A stretch of DNA of 64,000 nt, from the NCBI GenBank assembly GCA_017447645.1, contig JAFSNA010000095.1:295-64294 (forward strand), read 5' to 3'. A program made the translations under genes and the position numbers. The notes under the pieces were generated by a model. That model was not told the origin of the DNA, did no database searches, and worked only from the letters and a program-made list of their open reading frames with translations. This DNA comes from Oscillospiraceae bacterium. Its GTDB lineage: Bacteria > Bacillota > Clostridia > Oscillospirales > Oscillospiraceae. Below, one piece after another: positions 35,061 to 42,704 of this stretch; the stretch's first letter is position 1; each line of letters opens with the position of its first letter.

Positions 35061-36200
35061 TCAGCATCCCTCGCTTTCTTCAAGTACGGCAAGAATGTCC
35101 GCCGGAGAGATCACGGTGCCGTCCACGCGGCCGAGGAAATCGACCGGGAGGGCGCCGGCGGCCGCGCGCTGCACCTCCAGGAGCATCTGGCCGTGGTTGT
35201 GCTCGACCATCAGGATCCTCCTGAGCTGCGGCAGGCGGGCCTTGAGCTGCTTCTCCGGGAAGGGCCAGACCGTGATGGGCCGGAACATGCCGACCTTCAT
35301 CCCCTTTGCTCTGGCCGCGTTCAGCGCGTCCATCGCGGCGCGGGCCGTGCCGCCGAAGCAGACGATCGCCGTCTCGGCGTCGTCCATGGCGACCTCCTCG
35401 ACGCGGCAGATGTCGTCCGTGTTCTTCTCGACCTTGTCGAGCAGTCGGCCGATCAGCTTGCCCGCGATCTCGTTGGAGTTGACCGGGAAGCCGGACTCGT
35501 CATGCGCAAGGCCCGTGATGTTATAGCGCTCGCCCTGGCCGAAGGGCTTCATCGCGGGGACGTACTGCCCCTCGGGCACGAAGTAGCACTGCTTGTTCGC
35601 GCCATCGTGGAAGCTCATCTTCCGCTGGTTGATGATCAGCTTGTTCGGGTCGGGCAGCTCGACGCCCTCGCGCATGTGGCCGATGATCTCGTCCATGAGG
35701 AAGATCACCGGCGTGCGGTATTTCTCCGCCAGGTTGAAGGCGCGGATGATCAGCGTATAGGTCTCCTTCACCGAGGAGGGGGAGAGCGCGATCACCGGAT
35801 GGTCGCCGTGGGTGCCCCAGCGCGCCTGCATATAGTCGCCCTGCGAGGGGCTGGTGGCCAGGCCCGTGGAGGGGCCGCAGCGCTGCACGTCCACGATCAC
35901 GCAGGGGATCTCCGCCATCGCGCCGTAGCCGATGTTCTCCTGCATCAGCGAAAAGCCCGGGCCGGAGGTGGCCGTCATGGCCTTGAGCCCGGCGGCCGAG
36001 GCGCCGAGGATTGCGGCGATGGAGGAGATCTCATCCTCCATCTGGATGAACTTGCCGCGCACCTGCGGCAGGCGGAGCGCGCTCTGCTCGGCGATCTCCG
36101 TAGAGGGCGTGATGGGATAGCCCGCGAAAAAGCGCATGCCGGCGGCGATGGCGCCCTCCACGGCGGCCTCGTTGCCCTGCATCAGTACAGTCTTTGCCAT
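35061..36200 (-). CDS. korA: 2-oxoacid:ferredoxin oxidoreductase alpha subunit
   Basis: MQGNEAAVEGAIAAGMRFFAGYPITPSTEI pattern. Confidence 0.9.
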   Translation of the reverse strand: MAKTVLMQGNEAAVEGAIAAGMRFFAGYPITPSTEIAEQSALRLPQVRGKFIQMEDEISSIAAILGASAAGLKAMTATSGPGFSLMQENIGYGAMAEIPCVIVDVQRCGPSTGLATSPSQGDYMQARWGTHGDHPVIALSPSSVKETYTLIIRAFNLAEKYRTPVIFLMDEIIGHMREGVELPDPNKLIINQRKMSFHDGANKQCYFVPEGQYVPAMKPFGQGERYNITGLAHDESGFPVNSNEIAGKLIGRLLDKVEKNTDDICRVEEVAMDDAETAIVCFGGTARAAMDALNAARAKGMKVGMFRPITVWPFPEKQLKARLPQLRRILMVEHNHGQMLLEVQRAAAGALPVDFLGRVDGTVISPADILAVLEESEGC

Positions 36201-36219
36201 ATCTGTTCCCTCAGCCTCC

Positions 36220-36420
36220 TTACTCTTCCATGTTCACCAGATAGATCGCGTAGTCCGGGCAGCGCAGCTCGCACAGCCCACAGGAAATACATTGTTCCTC
36301 GTCCTTCACGGCGACCTTTTCTTTTCGGATCTCTAAAACCTGTTTGGGGCAGAAGGCGGCGCAGATCCCGCAGCCCTTGCACCATTTGTCCTCGATCACG
36401 AGTTTCTTTCGTCCGTACAC
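36220..36420 (-). CDS. korD: 4Fe-4S ferredoxin-type delta subunit
   Basis: GTG start after AAAGGAGG. CKGCGICAAFCP and CISCGLCELRCP clusters. Confidence 0.75.
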   Translation of the reverse strand: MYGRKKLVIEDKWCKGCGICAAFCPKQVLEIRKEKVAVKDEEQCISCGLCELRCPDYAIYLVNMEE

Positions 36421-36539
36421 GACAGATCCTCCTTTTTGCCGGCCCTGCGCTCCCGCGTCCGCGGTACCGCTCCGCCGGTCGGATGCAGCTTCATTAAACA
36501 CCATTTTCCGGAAAAAGACCAACACCTTTTCCCTTGCTC

Positions 36540-36568
36540 TTGCCACAGGAAAAAAGCTGTGGTATGCT
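36540..36568 (+). promoter_or_regulatory. LysR-gene promoter TTGCCA-17-TATGCT with embedded inverted repeat CCACAG-n8-CTGTGG
   Basis: Read directly. The inverted repeat spans 36543-36562. Confidence 0.5.
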
Positions 36569-36590
36569 CTTGACAAAGGGAGGCGGAGGC

Positions 36591-37523
36591 ATGAACTTTC
36601 GAAATCTGCAGTATTTCCTGCGCGCGGCGGAGGAGAAAAACATCACCCGCGCGGCGCAGAAGCTCTATATCTCCCAGCAGTCGCTCTCGGGCCATATCGC
36701 CAAGCTCGAGGAGGAGCTGGGCGTATCGCTGTTCGAGCGCGGAGGCGAGCTGACGCTCACTTATGCGGGCGAGCGGCTGTATCTGCTGGCGCAGCGCATC
36801 TGCTCGCTCGAGCAGGAGATCCTGCGCGAGACGGGCGAGATCTCCGACCGCCGCCGCGGACGGCTGCGGCTCGGCATCTCCTACACCTGCGGCCGCGCGA
36901 TCCTGCCGCGGCTGCTGCCCGGCTTTCGCGCCGAGCATCCGCAGGTGGAGATCAGCCTCATGGAGGGCAACCACCAGAAGCTCAACGAATGGCTGGCCGC
37001 CGGGGAGATCGACGTCGTGCTGGGCTACGCGCCGATCGACGTGCCGGGCGCGGTGGTCTATCCCCTGCTGCACGAGCGGCTTTTCCTCGCCTGCCCGCGC
37101 GAGATCACCGAGCGCGTCTTCGGCCCGGAGGCGGAGCGGTACCGCCGCGAGGGCTGGCCGGAGCTGGACATCCGCGTGCTCGGCGGCTGTCCCTTCATCC
37201 TGCTCAAATCCGGCAACCGCATCCGCACGATGTTCGATTCCTATATCCAGAAGAAGGACTTCCTGCCGGAGATCGTGCTGGAGACCGAAAACATCGAGAC
37301 GGCCTTCGCCCTCGCCGGGCAGGGCATGGGCATCACGGTCTATCCCGAGCTCTTTCTCAACACGCTCCACGCGGCGGAGAGCGCGGAGATCGACCTGCTG
37401 CCGCTGCCGGCGGAGGACACGACCGGCACGCTGGCCGTAGCCTTTCTCGAAAAGGGCTACCACGCGCCGGCCGTGCTGGATTTCATCACGCTCGCGCGCC
37501 AGAGCTCCGGCGACTGGGTGTGA
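36591..37523 (+). CDS. LysR-family transcriptional regulator
   Basis: MNFRNLQYFLRAAEEKNITRAAQKLYISQQSLSGHIAKLEEELG. Confidence 0.9.
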   Translation: MNFRNLQYFLRAAEEKNITRAAQKLYISQQSLSGHIAKLEEELGVSLFERGGELTLTYAGERLYLLAQRICSLEQEILRETGEISDRRRGRLRLGISYTCGRAILPRLLPGFRAEHPQVEISLMEGNHQKLNEWLAAGEIDVVLGYAPIDVPGAVVYPLLHERLFLACPREITERVFGPEAERYRREGWPELDIRVLGGCPFILLKSGNRIRTMFDSYIQKKDFLPEIVLETENIETAFALAGQGMGITVYPELFLNTLHAAESAEIDLLPLPAEDTTGTLAVAFLEKGYHAPAVLDFITLARQSSGDWV

Positions 37524-37543
37524 GACGCATCGCGCGGTGTTTC

Positions 37544-37582
37544 AAAAATGCCCGGGCGGCCGTTTGGCCGCCCGGGCATTTT
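37544..37582. terminator. Bidirectional terminator
   Basis: AAAAATGCCCGGGCGGCC-gttt-GGCCGCCCGGGCATTTT. Confidence 0.85.
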
Positions 37583-37604
37583 CAAAAAAACAACTCCTGC
37601 GTCT

Positions 37605-37641
37605 TGATACGGATACCCGATAAGATCGGGTATCCGTATCA
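37605..37641. repeat. Perfect palindrome with 17-nt arms (TGATACGGATACCCGAT-aag-ATCGGGTATCCGTATCA)
   Basis: Read directly. The right arm overlaps the stop codon of the minus-strand gene. Confidence 0.7.
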
Positions 37642-38280
37642 GCAGCGGAACATGACCTTGTGCAGGAAATCCGCCGTCGCCTCGTCGCCCAGCATCTTGC
37701 GGAACTGGTCGACCGCCGGGCCGCCGTTTTGGATCAGGCCGTCGGCAAAGACGGCGTTCTGCTTTTTCTTCTCCGTCTCGTCACAGCGCGCGCAGCCGGC
37801 GAGCAGTTCGAAATAACGCTGCGCGTAGTCCCGCACATAGGGGTCGTACGCGCCGGCCGTTTTGCGGCCGCGCTTGTAGTCCGAGACCGCCAGGCGCATC
37901 GGATCGTACCAGTGCTCGCCCGGGTCGTAGCCGGACAGGGAAGCGTAACGCGTCCGGATCTCTTCGAGCGCGGAAAAGTCCGGGTGCGAGAGGGTAGTGT
38001 CGTACAGCTCCAGGATCAGCGTGTCTCGACCCATGGCCGAGATCGCGTCCATGCTGAAGAGCGGGCCGTCGAGCCCCGTGGGGGAAAAGACCGCCGTCTC
38101 CATTTTCATCAGTCCCGCCATGGCGCGCATCTCCATCAGGCACAGGCTGCCCGCGCCGGGAGCCTCGTAGGCCTTCACGCGGAAGTCCATGCCGCGGCCG
38201 GCGATGTGGGAAAAGGCGCCGATGTCCCGCTCGCGCAGCGGAAAGCGCGCGGCGGCGGCCGTAAAGATCCTTTCGTTCAT
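37639..38280 (-). CDS. Ferredoxin-dependent bilin reductase (FDBR)-like protein (tentative)
   Basis: 213 aa. AVFSPTGLDGPLFSMDAI aligns to PcyA-type FPEPLYGLPLFGCDIV (PLF..D). The C-terminus FRKMLGDEATADFLHKVMF aligns to the FDBR end AFGEAWAERYMSQVLF. Based on remembered sequences only. Confidence 0.45.
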   Translation of the reverse strand: MNERIFTAAAARFPLRERDIGAFSHIAGRGMDFRVKAYEAPGAGSLCLMEMRAMAGLMKMETAVFSPTGLDGPLFSMDAISAMGRDTLILELYDTTLSHPDFSALEEIRTRYASLSGYDPGEHWYDPMRLAVSDYKRGRKTAGAYDPYVRDYAQRYFELLAGCARCDETEKKKQNAVFADGLIQNGGPAVDQFRKMLGDEATADFLHKVMFRC

Positions 38281-38287
38281 GGCATCC

Positions 38288-39934
38288 TCACTTCCGGTAG
38301 CAGTTTTTGATATACTCGGCAAAGCTGGCGTCGCCCACGATCGTGTCGCCGACCATCTCCTCGGTCAGCGTCCACTTTGAGAAGCGGATGATGGCCTCCT
38401 TGCCGTTTTTCTTTTTCTTGTTGACCCAGGCCAGCACGTCGAAGAGCCACACGGGCGCGCGGCTGATATTCGGCACCTTGCCGGCGGCGGCGAAGAACAT
38501 CTTCGCCAGCTCCTCATAGCTCCAGGTCTCCTTGCCGCCGACGTTGTAGAGCTTGCCCTTGTCGTTCATGTGATCGACGATGAAGGCGGCGAAGTCCGGC
38601 GTGTCGACGACGTTGCAGTGCACCGCCTTGTCGCCCAGCAGCGTGACCTTGCCCTTTTCGATCATGGGCATGAAGACCTTCGCGATGTCGTAGAAGTATC
38701 CGCTCGGACGGAAGATGACCCAGCCGAGCCCGCTGGTCTTGAGCTTTTCTTCGAATTTGGCCTTTGCGTCCAGCATCGGGACGGAGGGGTTGCCGTCCGC
38801 CTTGAGCACGGAGACATACGCGAACTGCTTGACGCCCGCGCGTTTGGCCTCCTCGAGCAGGTTCAGGTTGCCCTGATAGTCCACGTCGTAGCAGCTCACC
38901 TCCGCGCTGGCCTTGGTCAGGCCCACGGTGGAGATCACGATGTCCGCGCCCTCGCACAGGCCGCGCAGGCTCTCGGGATCCTGCATGTCCGCCGCGACGG
39001 CGTCGTAGCCGCCCTCGCAGTCCTTCGGACGGCGGATCGTGCGCCCCGTCGCCACGACCTCATAGCCGCGCGCGACCAGCACGCGCAGGATGTCGGCGCC
39101 CAGGTGTCCGAAGGCGCCCGCCAAAACGACTTTCATGTGACCGCTCCCTTTCTCTTCGTTGTTTTCCATGCTTTTCAGCCCGCGCTCCTGCTTCGGGAAG
39201 TGGTAGCGCCGCTTGCCCTCGGTCTTGCCGCGGTACTCGACGGCCTCCTTCGGGCAGTTCGAGAGGCAGGCCATGCAGTGGGTGCAGCTCTCGCCCCAGA
39301 CGGGCCGCCCGTTCTCGAGGCGGATGTTCTTATAGGGGCAGACGGCCGCGCATTTGCCGCAGCCGATGCACGCGTCGGTCGCGTAAAAATCCTTTGCCTT
39401 GACGAAGTACTTGTAGTACAGATCGTTGACCGGGATCGTGCAGCCCAGGATCGCCTTGCTCGGCTTTTTCTCCGGGATCACGCCGTTCAGGGAGATGATC
39501 TCGGCGGCCTTGTCGATGACGGGGATCGCCTCCTCGACCAGGGCGCGGCACTGATAGTCCTCCTTGACCGTGAAGAAGATCGGATAGTTCGTCGGCATTT
39601 TTACGCTGGCGCTGCCGTGGTAGGTCATCCCCTTCTCCTCGGCCAGCTGTCTGGCAAAGTAGCCCGAGCAGCTCATCTCGCTGGCGCAGGTGAAGACGAA
39701 GAAGATGTCGCGGCTGCCCAGCAGGGGCGTCGCCTTCAGCCAGTCGCGCACGAGGCGCGGCATCTCGGCCACATACACCGGCGCGACGACGACCCAGGGT
39801 TTTTCCGAGCGCAGGGCAGAGTGGTCGTTTTCGCGGAATCTGGGCAGCAGGCTGACGGCCTCGTCACCCGTTTTTTCGGCGATCCGCTTCGCCGCAAAGG
39901 CGCAGTTCCCGGTCGCCGAGAAATAAAGGATCAT
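38288..39934 (-). CDS. Fusion protein: flavodoxin-like (EFR1-type) + 2x[4Fe-4S] + NAD(P)-binding atypical SDR/NmrA-like domain
   Basis: MILYFSATGNC..., then CIGCGKCAAVCP / CTHCMACLSNCP, then MKVVLAGAFGHLGADILRVL... from residue 267. An internal SD-like AAAGGGAG plus ATG sits at 39136. Confidence 0.75.
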   Translation of the reverse strand: MILYFSATGNCAFAAKRIAEKTGDEAVSLLPRFRENDHSALRSEKPWVVVAPVYVAEMPRLVRDWLKATPLLGSRDIFFVFTCASEMSCSGYFARQLAEEKGMTYHGSASVKMPTNYPIFFTVKEDYQCRALVEEAIPVIDKAAEIISLNGVIPEKKPSKAILGCTIPVNDLYYKYFVKAKDFYATDACIGCGKCAAVCPYKNIRLENGRPVWGESCTHCMACLSNCPKEAVEYRGKTEGKRRYHFPKQERGLKSMENNEEKGSGHMKVVLAGAFGHLGADILRVLVARGYEVVATGRTIRRPKDCEGGYDAVAADMQDPESLRGLCEGADIVISTVGLTKASAEVSCYDVDYQGNLNLLEEAKRAGVKQFAYVSVLKADGNPSVPMLDAKAKFEEKLKTSGLGWVIFRPSGYFYDIAKVFMPMIEKGKVTLLGDKAVHCNVVDTPDFAAFIVDHMNDKGKLYNVGGKETWSYEELAKMFFAAAGKVPNISRAPVWLFDVLAWVNKKKKNGKEAIIRFSKWTLTEEMVGDTIVGDASFAEYIKNCYRK

Positions 39935-40069
39935 AGTCGAAAGACCTCCTTGTCTTTATCATCCAAATCATACCATTTTGTCCTCTCAAACGCAAGAGGA
40001 ACGGCGCGGGGGAAGCTCTTGCTTTTTCCCGCGCGCGGCCTTATGATAGAAAAAAAAGGGGGCGGAGCG

Positions 40070-40546
40070 ATGAGAAGAAAAGACCGCGAGATCACCAACG
40101 CCGGAGAGATCCGCGAGATCCTCGCACGCGCGCGCGTGATGCACCTGGGCCTGTACGACGGAGAATATCCCTACGTGGTGCCGATGCACTACGGCTTTAC
40201 GTTCGAGGACGGGAAGCTGACGCTCTATGCCCATTGCGCGAAGGAGGGGCGTAAGCTCAATCTAATCCGACGCGACGGGCGCGTCTTCGTCGAGATCGAC
40301 ACGGACGAGGCGCTCGTTCCCGGAGCGGCCGCCTGCTCCTGGGGCGCCTGCTACGCAAGCGTGATGGGGCGCGGCAGGGCCGCGATTGTCGACGATGAGG
40401 ACGAGAAGTGCCGTGCGCTCGCGCTTTTGATGAAAACGCAGACCGGCAAAGAGTTTTCTTTTACGCCCGCGATGGCCGCCGCGGTGACGGTCCTGCGCGT
40501 GGATGTGGAGGCGTACACGGCCAAAGCGCGCCGACGGCCCGGATAA
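40070..40546 (+). CDS. Pyridoxamine 5'-phosphate oxidase family (NimA-like split-barrel) protein
   Basis: MRRKDREITNAGEIREILARARVMHLGL...YVVPMHYGF. Only the last 158 codons of the 658-aa track ORF are plausible. Confidence 0.75.
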   Translation: MRRKDREITNAGEIREILARARVMHLGLYDGEYPYVVPMHYGFTFEDGKLTLYAHCAKEGRKLNLIRRDGRVFVEIDTDEALVPGAAACSWGACYASVMGRGRAAIVDDEDEKCRALALLMKTQTGKEFSFTPAMAAAVTVLRVDVEAYTAKARRRPG

Positions 40547-40576
40547 GCCGGGGAAGCCGCCGCGCATAAAGAAAAG

Positions 40577-40714
40577 GGACCGCTGCAAAAACAGCCTGTC
40601 ATCCTTGAGCGCAGCGAAGGATCTTTCCTAAAAGGTTCGTAAACTCCTTCAAAGGAAGATCCTTCGTCGCTTTGTTCCTCAGGATGACACGGGGAAAGCT
40701 GTTTCGCAGCGGCC
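40577..40714. repeat. Long imperfect hairpin (about 138 nt) between convergent genes
   Basis: GGACCGCTGCAAAAACAGC / GCTGTTTCGCAGCGGCC, CTGTCATCCT / AGGATGACA and GCGAAGGATCTT / AAGATCCTTCGTC pair in order. Flanked by an A run and a T run. Confidence 0.55.
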
Positions 40715-40733
40715 TCTTTTTCTCTCCCGCTCC

Positions 40734-41720
40734 TTACCAGTCGCTGTCCCAGTCGCCGAAATCGCTGTCCCAGTCGCTGTCCCAGTCCCAGTCGTCGGAG
40801 GAATCCCAGGTGTCGTCGTCGTCCCAGTCCCAGCTCCAGGAGCTGGAGGAATCGCTGTCCCAGTCGCTCGAATAGCTCGAAGAGTCCTCGTCGTAGTAGC
40901 TGCTGTCGGAAAAGCTCTCCACGCCGTAGCCGTCGTCGTAGGAATACGACGTGTAGTAATCGCCGTAGTTCTGCGTCAGCTCGTCGTCGACCGTATAGAT
41001 CGGATACCAGCCGCCGTAATCGTCGTACAGATACCAGCTGTCATTCTGGTTGTAGTAGTACTGGTCGTTGTAGTGGTAATAGCCCGTGGAGGGCTGCAGC
41101 GGCGCATTGTGGTGGACGGCTGCTGCCGTGCGGCCGATCGTGATCGCGGCGGCGAGGGCGATGATGCCGATGAGCAGCTTGTTGCTCTTCCGCCTGCCGG
41201 CGCGGCGCGCGGCCTGCGATCCGTCCACGAAGTTGTAGGGGTTGTTGTCGTGGGCGGAGCTGGCCGGATAGCCGGGCGTCCGGGCCGCGGCGACGCGCGC
41301 GCGCTGGCCGGAGGCCTCGTCCTTGAGCTTCTGGAACAGCTCGCCGACGGCGAATGCCTCGTCCGGGCCGCGGTAGCGCACGGCGCGGCTTCCGTCGGCC
41401 TTGTTTTTATAGACGACGAAATCCCCGTTTTTGTCTTTGAAAATGCCGTAGGCCTTCGCGCCGGGGTAATCGAGCCCGATGAAAAAGCGCATTTTCGCCA
41501 GCGGCAGCTCGTGCCGCTCGCAGAAGGCCTGCAGCTCCTCGATCGTCCGCGGGGTCTGCACGCGGCGTTTTTCCCGCTCCGGCTCCGGCGCGCTCTGCAC
41601 GGCCTGCGCGGTCTGCGCCGCGGCGGCTTCGTTGTGCGGGACGAGCGCCCCGCAGTAGCTGCAGAATTCCTCTCCCGGGCTGACGGGCGCGCCGCAGGCC
41701 GGGCAAGTTCTCTTTGCCAT
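40734..41720 (-). CDS. Zinc-ribbon / single-TM protein with extreme D/S/W/Y-rich C-terminal tail
   Basis: MAKRTCPACGAPVSPGEEFCSYCG, then TM helix LLIGIIALAAAITIG, then the tail ...SDWDSDSSSSWSWDWDDDDTWDSSDDWDWDSDWDSDFGDWDSDW. Confidence 0.75.
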   Translation of the reverse strand: MAKRTCPACGAPVSPGEEFCSYCGALVPHNEAAAAQTAQAVQSAPEPEREKRRVQTPRTIEELQAFCERHELPLAKMRFFIGLDYPGAKAYGIFKDKNGDFVVYKNKADGSRAVRYRGPDEAFAVGELFQKLKDEASGQRARVAAARTPGYPASSAHDNNPYNFVDGSQAARRAGRRKSNKLLIGIIALAAAITIGRTAAAVHHNAPLQPSTGYYHYNDQYYYNQNDSWYLYDDYGGWYPIYTVDDELTQNYGDYYTSYSYDDGYGVESFSDSSYYDEDSSSYSSDWDSDSSSSWSWDWDDDDTWDSSDDWDWDSDWDSDFGDWDSDW

Positions 41721-41925
41721 GATGAAGATCCTCCTGTTTGTTTCAGGTGAATAAAGCGAAGCTCAAGCAAGCGCCGATGGGTGCGGCAAGAGCAGATTGC
41801 GAGAAAATTTGTGTTCCGGCGACGACGCTTTTTTGCAGGAATACTTTGTGTATTTCAAGAAAAAGCGGCGAGGGCGGGGCGCAAATTGCCCGCAGGATGC
41901 CGACGGCGTATCCGTCGGCGTTTGC

Positions 41926-42531
41926 TTAAGATATACACGGCCCGACGCTCGCAAGGACAAGCGTGGCCGTCAGCTCGCTGATGCTCTCGACGCTCAGATC
42001 GCGCCGGTCGTTGACCCACTCCTGGATCAGGCCGATCAGGCCGTTGATGAGAAAGGCGTTGTACATGCCGCGCTTCTCCTCGTCCGCGCCGGGGGCGAGG
42101 ATCTGCCAGAAGAAGCGGCACTGCTCGTCGATCCGCCGCTTGACCAGCTCGACAAACTTCATGTCGCCGTGCGGGGAGAGCATGATGCGGCAGAAATCGC
42201 AGTTGTCGTCGATAAAGGAGAAGACCGTGTGCAGGTAGGGCGTGCCCTCGCCGTCGAAGACGGAAAAGCCGCCGCTCTCCAGCGCGGGACGGTTTTCGCT
42301 GTTGAGCGTGCGGTCAAACTGCTCGAAGAAGTCCTGCTCCATGTCGCGCAGCAGATCGTAAATGTCCTGATAGTGGAAGTAGAAGGTGCCGCGGTTGACG
42401 TCCACCAGCTCGGTAAGCTCCTTGACCGAGATCTCGTTGATCGGCTTCTGCTCCAGCAGGCGCAGCAGCCCCTCGCGCAGGCGGCGCTTGGTGTTGCGCA
42501 CGCTGCGGTTGTCCCCGCCGGATTTGTTCAT
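41926..42531 (-). CDS. TetR/AcrR-family transcriptional regulator
   Basis: RNTKRRLREGLLRLLEQKPINEISVKELTELVDVNRGTFYFHY. ATG 42531 (alternative TTG 42564). Confidence 0.85.
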   Translation of the reverse strand: MNKSGGDNRSVRNTKRRLREGLLRLLEQKPINEISVKELTELVDVNRGTFYFHYQDIYDLLRDMEQDFFEQFDRTLNSENRPALESGGFSVFDGEGTPYLHTVFSFIDDNCDFCRIMLSPHGDMKFVELVKRRIDEQCRFFWQILAPGADEEKRGMYNAFLINGLIGLIQEWVNDRRDLSVESISELTATLVLASVGPCIS

Positions 42532-42601
42532 TTCCCCCGCCCCCTCTTCAACAGTTTTTTCCAATTTGTTGATTGTTCATCACTTTCGCGCGGATTAACG
42601 A

Positions 42602-42629
42602 TTGACAGTCCCGCGCCTCTTATTATAAT
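42602..42629 (+). promoter_or_regulatory. Promoter TTGACA-16-TATAAT for the MMPL-GLUG operon
   Basis: Hexamers read directly. Confidence 0.55.
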
Positions 42630-42653
42630 TGGACTATAAACGAAATTTCAACA

Positions 42654-42673
42654 CTTGTCAAGGATGTGACAAG
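42654..42673. promoter_or_regulatory. Inverted repeat CTTGTCA-n6-TGACAAG (candidate TetR operator)
   Basis: Read directly, downstream of the -10. Confidence 0.45.
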
Positions 42674-42704
42674 CGCTGTGGAGACCGCCTCGAAAAAGGA
42701 TACC

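Noticed and set aside
38570-40069. First 500 codons of the 658-aa plus-strand ORF
   Set aside because: Antisense to the flavodoxin/SDR fusion gene. Only the terminal 158 codons (PNPOx family, own RBS) are credible.
40740-40870. Short tandem DNA repeats (TCGCTGTCCCAG-like) that superficially resemble a repeat array
   Set aside because: They are the coding sequence of the D/S/W-rich protein tail on the opposite strand. There is no spacer structure, so this is not a CRISPR array.
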